A stretch of 64,000 bases of DNA, taken from positions 8,788 through 72,787 of the forward strand of contig JBHIAE010000009.1 in the NCBI GenBank assembly GCA_046758445.1. The letters run 5' to 3'. The position numbers and the translations under genes are program-made. Shown here in pieces: positions 59,941 through 64,000 of this stretch; position 1 is the stretch's first letter; each line of letters begins with the position of its first letter. The notes beneath the pieces are model-generated. The model ran no database searches, had not been told where the DNA came from, and saw only the letters and a program-made list of their open reading frames with translations. The stretch comes from Candidatus Thorarchaeota archaeon. GTDB lineage: Archaea; Asgardarchaeota; Thorarchaeia; Thorarchaeales; Thorarchaeaceae.

Positions 59941-62024
59941 GCAGCCTTGCTACCCGGGAGAACGCCCTCAACCTCAACTGGAATCCATCGCCCAGGCTCT
60001 CCAAGCTTCTCGACTGCAAGAATCATTCCATGGCTCTCGATTCCTCCAATCGTTTTGGGCTCAAGATTGATTAGGAACAGAGCTGTCAGGCCTTCAAGCT
60101 CTTCCGGTTGATAGAGATGTCCCAAACCTGTAGCCATAGTCCGAGTCTCTATGCCGATGTCCACAGTGATCTTCAGCAGACGGTCTTTCTTTGGCACTCT
60201 CTCACACTTCAGTATCTTGCCCGTTCTAAGATCGATTCGCTGGAACTCATCAAATGAGATGGTATCTTTCACAGGATCGTGTTCTACCACATCTTTCTCC
60301 TCCTCAATTACATCTTTCTGTGCGGCCTCTGCGGCGCTAATTCGATTGCTGGCGGCCTCTTTCAGCTCTGCAAGAAGCGTGTCATCCATCTTTGATATCA
60401 CAGGAACAGGTTTGCCAAGTTTGCCACCAACTTGCAGGGGTTCAAGCGTTTCTTCAAGCTGTGCCTCATGGACGTCTGAATCTAGACCAAGCTGCTTCCA
60501 GACGGTTTCGGCTGCAGATGGCAGAATCGGTTCAATAAGCACTGCCAGTGCCTTTGTTATGGACAGAGCGTTGTAGAGGACCTCGCCGCACTTCTCCTTG
60601 TCTTCTTTGACTAGCGTCCATGGCTCTTTTGCCTGGAAGTATTCGTTGCCCGTCGTTGCAAGGCCAAGTATTGCATCAGAGACCCTTTTCAGCTCATACT
60701 CGTTAGTGCCATCGATGACTCCCTCTATCGTGTCCTCAATTGACTTCTTTAGCTTGGGATCAAGACTGCCCTTGGGCACCTCTCCGTAATGCTTCTTTGT
60801 GAAGTGAAGACCACGATAGAAGAAGTTGCCAAGCGTTGCAACCAACTCGTTGTTGACTTTGTCAGCAAAGGATTGCCATGTGAAGTCCAGATCTTTTGTC
60901 TGAGAGGTCGAACTCACGATGTAGTAACGAAGGTAATCAGGTTCTAGACCCCTGTCTAGGAAGTCCTCTTCAATCCAGACAATGTAACCTCTGCTCCTAC
61001 TAAAGGTATGACCCTCAATCTTCAACATGCCAGAGGCGACTATGGCATACGGGAGATTGTAACCGCTACCCTTCAGCATAGATGGCCAAAGGATGCAGTG
61101 ATGGTATACAATGTCCAACCCAATGTAGTGAACAAGGCGTCCGCTGCCTGGTTTCCAGTACTTCTCCCACTCATCCGGTTTCTCTATCTTCTTTGCCCAT
61201 TGTTCGGTACTCGACATGTATCCGATGGGTGCGTCAAACCAGACGTAGAGCACAAGTGACTCGTCATCTGGATACTTGATTCCCCAGTCAAGATCGCGGG
61301 TGATGCACCAATCGATAAGTCCCTCCTTGACCCAATCCAAAGCATAGTTTCTGGCGTTCTTCGTGATATCGGCTTCCTCGAGGAATTTCCCAATTGGCTC
61401 CTCAAAGGCTTTGAGTTTCATGTAGTAATGGGTTCTTGTCATCGGTTTCGTTGGGTTTCCGCAGACAGCACATCTCGGACTGAGTATTAGCCCTGGCTCA
61501 ATATACCTTCCACAGCCTTGGTCACACTCGTCACCCCGTGCATCTGCGCCGCAATACGGGCAAATGCCCCTCACAAAACGATCAGGTTGAGATCTACCAC
61601 AATGGTCACAGTACGGGGTCTCTAGCTCTTTCGAGTAGATGTATCCGTTCTCCTTGAGCGCTCCGAGTATCTGCAATGTTCTATGGTGATTCTCAGGGTC
61701 ATCTGTTGAACCATAGTTGTCGAAGATGATGTTCAGCTTCGGAAAGGTCTCCAAGTAGTGTTTGTGGTACTTCTTGTAGGTTTCAGTGGGAGTTAGACCC
61801 TCTGCCTCGGCTGCCGTCAGTACTGGGGTTCCATGAGTGTCAGATCCACAGATGAAAGTCACCTCAGTTCCCATCTTCCTTAGGAGTCTGACAAAGACAT
61901 CTGCAGGCACGTATGTGCGGAGATGCCCGAGGTGCATCTTGCCACTAGCATATGGCAGTCCACACGTCACGCACACAGGATCCGTAGTCGGATACTTTCT
62001 CTTCTTCTTGCTCAGTTTCGTCAC
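59937..62024 (-). CDS. metG: methionine--tRNA ligase with a C-terminal tRNA-binding (Trbp111/EMAP-like) domain
   Basis: 'LPYASGKMHLGH', 'GSDTHG', Zn knuckles, 'YVWFDAPIGY', 'TFSRS', 'IESHGMILA'. Confidence 0.97.
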   Translation of the reverse strand: MTKLSKKKRKYPTTDPVCVTCGLPYASGKMHLGHLRTYVPADVFVRLLRKMGTEVTFICGSDTHGTPVLTAAEAEGLTPTETYKKYHKHYLETFPKLNIIFDNYGSTDDPENHHRTLQILGALKENGYIYSKELETPYCDHCGRSQPDRFVRGICPYCGADARGDECDQGCGRYIEPGLILSPRCAVCGNPTKPMTRTHYYMKLKAFEEPIGKFLEEADITKNARNYALDWVKEGLIDWCITRDLDWGIKYPDDESLVLYVWFDAPIGYMSSTEQWAKKIEKPDEWEKYWKPGSGRLVHYIGLDIVYHHCILWPSMLKGSGYNLPYAIVASGMLKIEGHTFSRSRGYIVWIEEDFLDRGLEPDYLRYYIVSSTSQTKDLDFTWQSFADKVNNELVATLGNFFYRGLHFTKKHYGEVPKGSLDPKLKKSIEDTIEGVIDGTNEYELKRVSDAILGLATTGNEYFQAKEPWTLVKEDKEKCGEVLYNALSITKALAVLIEPILPSAAETVWKQLGLDSDVHEAQLEETLEPLQVGGKLGKPVPVISKMDDTLLAELKEAASNRISAAEAAQKDVIEEEKDVVEHDPVKDTISFDEFQRIDLRTGKILKCERVPKKDRLLKITVDIGIETRTMATGLGHLYQPEELEGLTALFLINLEPKTIGGIESHGMILAVEKLGEPGRWIPVEVEGVLPGSKAA

Positions 62025-63021
62025 ACTCCTGACACTCTAATGAGCGGGACTTCATCTGGCTTTCACTGGACAGCTGTAATGTACAGAAAGGGAATAGCCC
62101 TCACTGGCGGTGTTTCTTCCGTCGAATTGTTTGAACACGTGTTCTATCGCTCTGTCCTTGAAGCTTCTTTCCCGCCTTGGAATGTTAGAATTCTCTCCTA
62201 CTAGTGGAGATATAACTCTAACTATGAATCAAGAGAACGAAAATGGACTGTCCATAGAGAGCAGAGGGTGTCTAACAGCTGCTGAAAACTTGGACGAAGT
62301 TGGACATCTATTAGAAGACTGTTGAACCAACAAGGGCACTTCGGAAACGTGCCTATATACTCAGTTCCTGAACAACAACTTGAGGTTAACCTGACACATT
62401 CTCAGACCTCAGGGAGTTCATCCCAGTGCCGTTTCTGGGAGGACATCACTCCCGTGTCCAAGTATGTCCAACATACAATGAATGGTGTGGAGGTGGGACC
62501 CAACAGCCCACCCCCACGTTGTCTCGCCTGCCGGGAGGTGCACGGAGACAAAGAATGACCTCATTGTGAAATGAGGAGCATGAATCTACGAACTAGCGTA
62601 GAGGTATCTGAGACTCTCGGCGTCCGCATCAGTAGGATCTCGGTCGCTGTCAAGCAGACCGTACAGAACATGCAGGACTTCGGCGTTCTTCTGAAGGGTT
62701 GATGAGGGTCGTGGGTTTGAGGTCATTTTTGTCAAGTCTCCGCTTCATTCAGTTTCTGTGGGACAACTCACCTCTACTTCCTGTGCAGGAACATATAAAG
62801 ATTGATGAAACGTAAGAACTATTCAGGTATTATCTAAGTATATACCGACGTAATACAGGACGATTATAGACGTAGAACTGAACGAGGGGTCATCTAGCTA
62901 CTGTCTGCGCGGGTGGCTGGAATCATTTCCAAGAGAAAAAGGGGGGAGAGGGGGTTATTGGATCTATCCTGTGACTCCTTTGTGATGGTCCAATCGAATG
63001 ATCGGAAACTGCCACGTGTCC

Positions 63022-63867
63022 CTATCCGCCATTTGTAATTACTTTCCCCTGAGCAATGACGTCATGCTTGTGAATACTCTCAAGCGAACGAGCTTCAGCA
63101 CACATGTCTAGCGTCCTATCCTCGAATTTGTTCTTTGCGTTTTGCAGAATATTCCGACAGACGTCCTCAACGAAAAGCGGGTTGTCATGCATTTGTTTGG
63201 TCACGTGCAATTCGTCCTCAAGTTTAAGCAACGAGTAGGTCGGGCTCGAGAATGATCTCTCAATTACCTCTATCATGTCACCATAGGTTGGGATATTCTC
63301 AGTACTCCCTGTAACTCTGAGAAACCCAACAGCGCGCTGCATGTGGGTCAGACCATGATTGTTCGCCATGCAGTGAGGGCAGACTGTGTTACCTATGACA
63401 CTGACCTCGACATCGTGTGAGAAAGGCTCCCCCTCGACTTTCGTGGTGGAAGCAGTGATGTCACAGACCTCCCAGGTCCTCTGTTTTGATGCCGGTGTCT
63501 TTGTGGCATATCCAAACTCAAAATCGAACTTAATCTCGCCACGGCTATAGCGATGCTTGTCGGAGAGAGCATCAAGGACTCTCATCTGAAGCTCCTCAAC
63601 CGAATTGTAGACACTGAACTCTTCGCTGATGACTTCGGTCATTGACTCCACCAGCCTTGACATGTGGACTCCCTTCAAGTCGGCGGGCAGGTCAATCGTG
63701 AACTCGACTCTCGGGATGAGGTGGTGCCTCAATCCACTTCGCTCCGTTATCAGAAATGTCTTGAGATCCTTCACCCCGACTTTGTTCAGTTGGATATGAT
63801 GATGTGGCTTCTCGTTCTGTGTGTCTACTACCAAGCTGTTTCGCCTCAATGGAACCGGCCCATTCAC
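63022..63867 (-). CDS. mptA: GTP cyclohydrolase MptA/FolE2 family
   Basis: 'LKGVHMSR', 'TVCPHC', 'THMQR', 'NPLFVEDVCR', 'ESIHKHD'. Confidence 0.9.
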   Translation of the reverse strand: MNGPVPLRRNSLVVDTQNEKPHHHIQLNKVGVKDLKTFLITERSGLRHHLIPRVEFTIDLPADLKGVHMSRLVESMTEVISEEFSVYNSVEELQMRVLDALSDKHRYSRGEIKFDFEFGYATKTPASKQRTWEVCDITASTTKVEGEPFSHDVEVSVIGNTVCPHCMANNHGLTHMQRAVGFLRVTGSTENIPTYGDMIEVIERSFSSPTYSLLKLEDELHVTKQMHDNPLFVEDVCRNILQNAKNKFEDRTLDMCAEARSLESIHKHDVIAQGKVITNGG

Positions 63868-64000
63868 TGATTGCCAAAGCTGTTGACCTTGCTGTAGGCC
63901 TTGACCCAGAGCGGCGGGACTCTGCTTTTAGCTTTGCGCTGAGTACGGCTCTGTTGCAAAACACATCAGATGACACACGAGAGGTAGTTTGCGCGCTCCG

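Noticed and set aside
62100-62900. Possible HTH-regulator remnant ('EVSETLGVRISRISVAVKQTVQNMQDFGVL') between metG and mptA
   Set aside because: Fragmentary, with several stops; too weak to call without a BLASTx search.
63692-64000. 94-aa ORF or leader RNA upstream of mptA
   Set aside because: It overlaps mptA out of frame, has no recognisable motif or riboswitch consensus, and is cut by the window edge.
1-64000. CRISPR arrays, tRNA/rRNA genes, IS elements, integrases, reverse transcriptases
   Set aside because: No regularly spaced repeats, cloverleaf or T-loop signatures, or transposase/integrase/RT motifs were seen by eye; a tRNAscan/Infernal run would be decisive.

Overview
Archaeal chromosomal segment of about 50% GC. 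The gene content points to an Asgard archaeon, most likely Thorarchaeia: a Rab-like small GTPase, a longin-like remnant, 22-aa LRR proteins, several TPR proteins, poly-Thr/TM-anchored surface proteins, archaeal RecJ/Cdc45, MptA and archaeal-type MetRS. This taxonomic call is inferred from gene families, not from a marker gene. No rRNA, tRNA, CRISPR array or transposase was seen. Core content: a uvrB-uvrA-uvrA-(TPR/Cys)-uvrC excision-repair cluster with two full-length UvrA paralogues, nucleotide salvage and sanitation genes, a cluster of three histidine kinases plus one receiver, and a metG-LRR-mttB operon. Most notable, and mostly missed by the ORF track: (i) the tandem, translationally coupled UvrA pair; (ii) a protein-arginine-methyltransferase-like gene divergent from a TPR/Zn-ribbon gene; (iii) a tiny W-acidic (DDEW/DDDW) microprotein; (iv) an exported SOR-like His/Cys metalloprotein paired with a cytochrome b561-like protein; (v) a DUF5678-like plus retropepsin two-gene module with a homopolymer frameshift; (vi) an orphan peptide-binding protein fused to a polytopic membrane region; (vii) probable ATT and CTG start codons; (viii) many accessory genes in decay.
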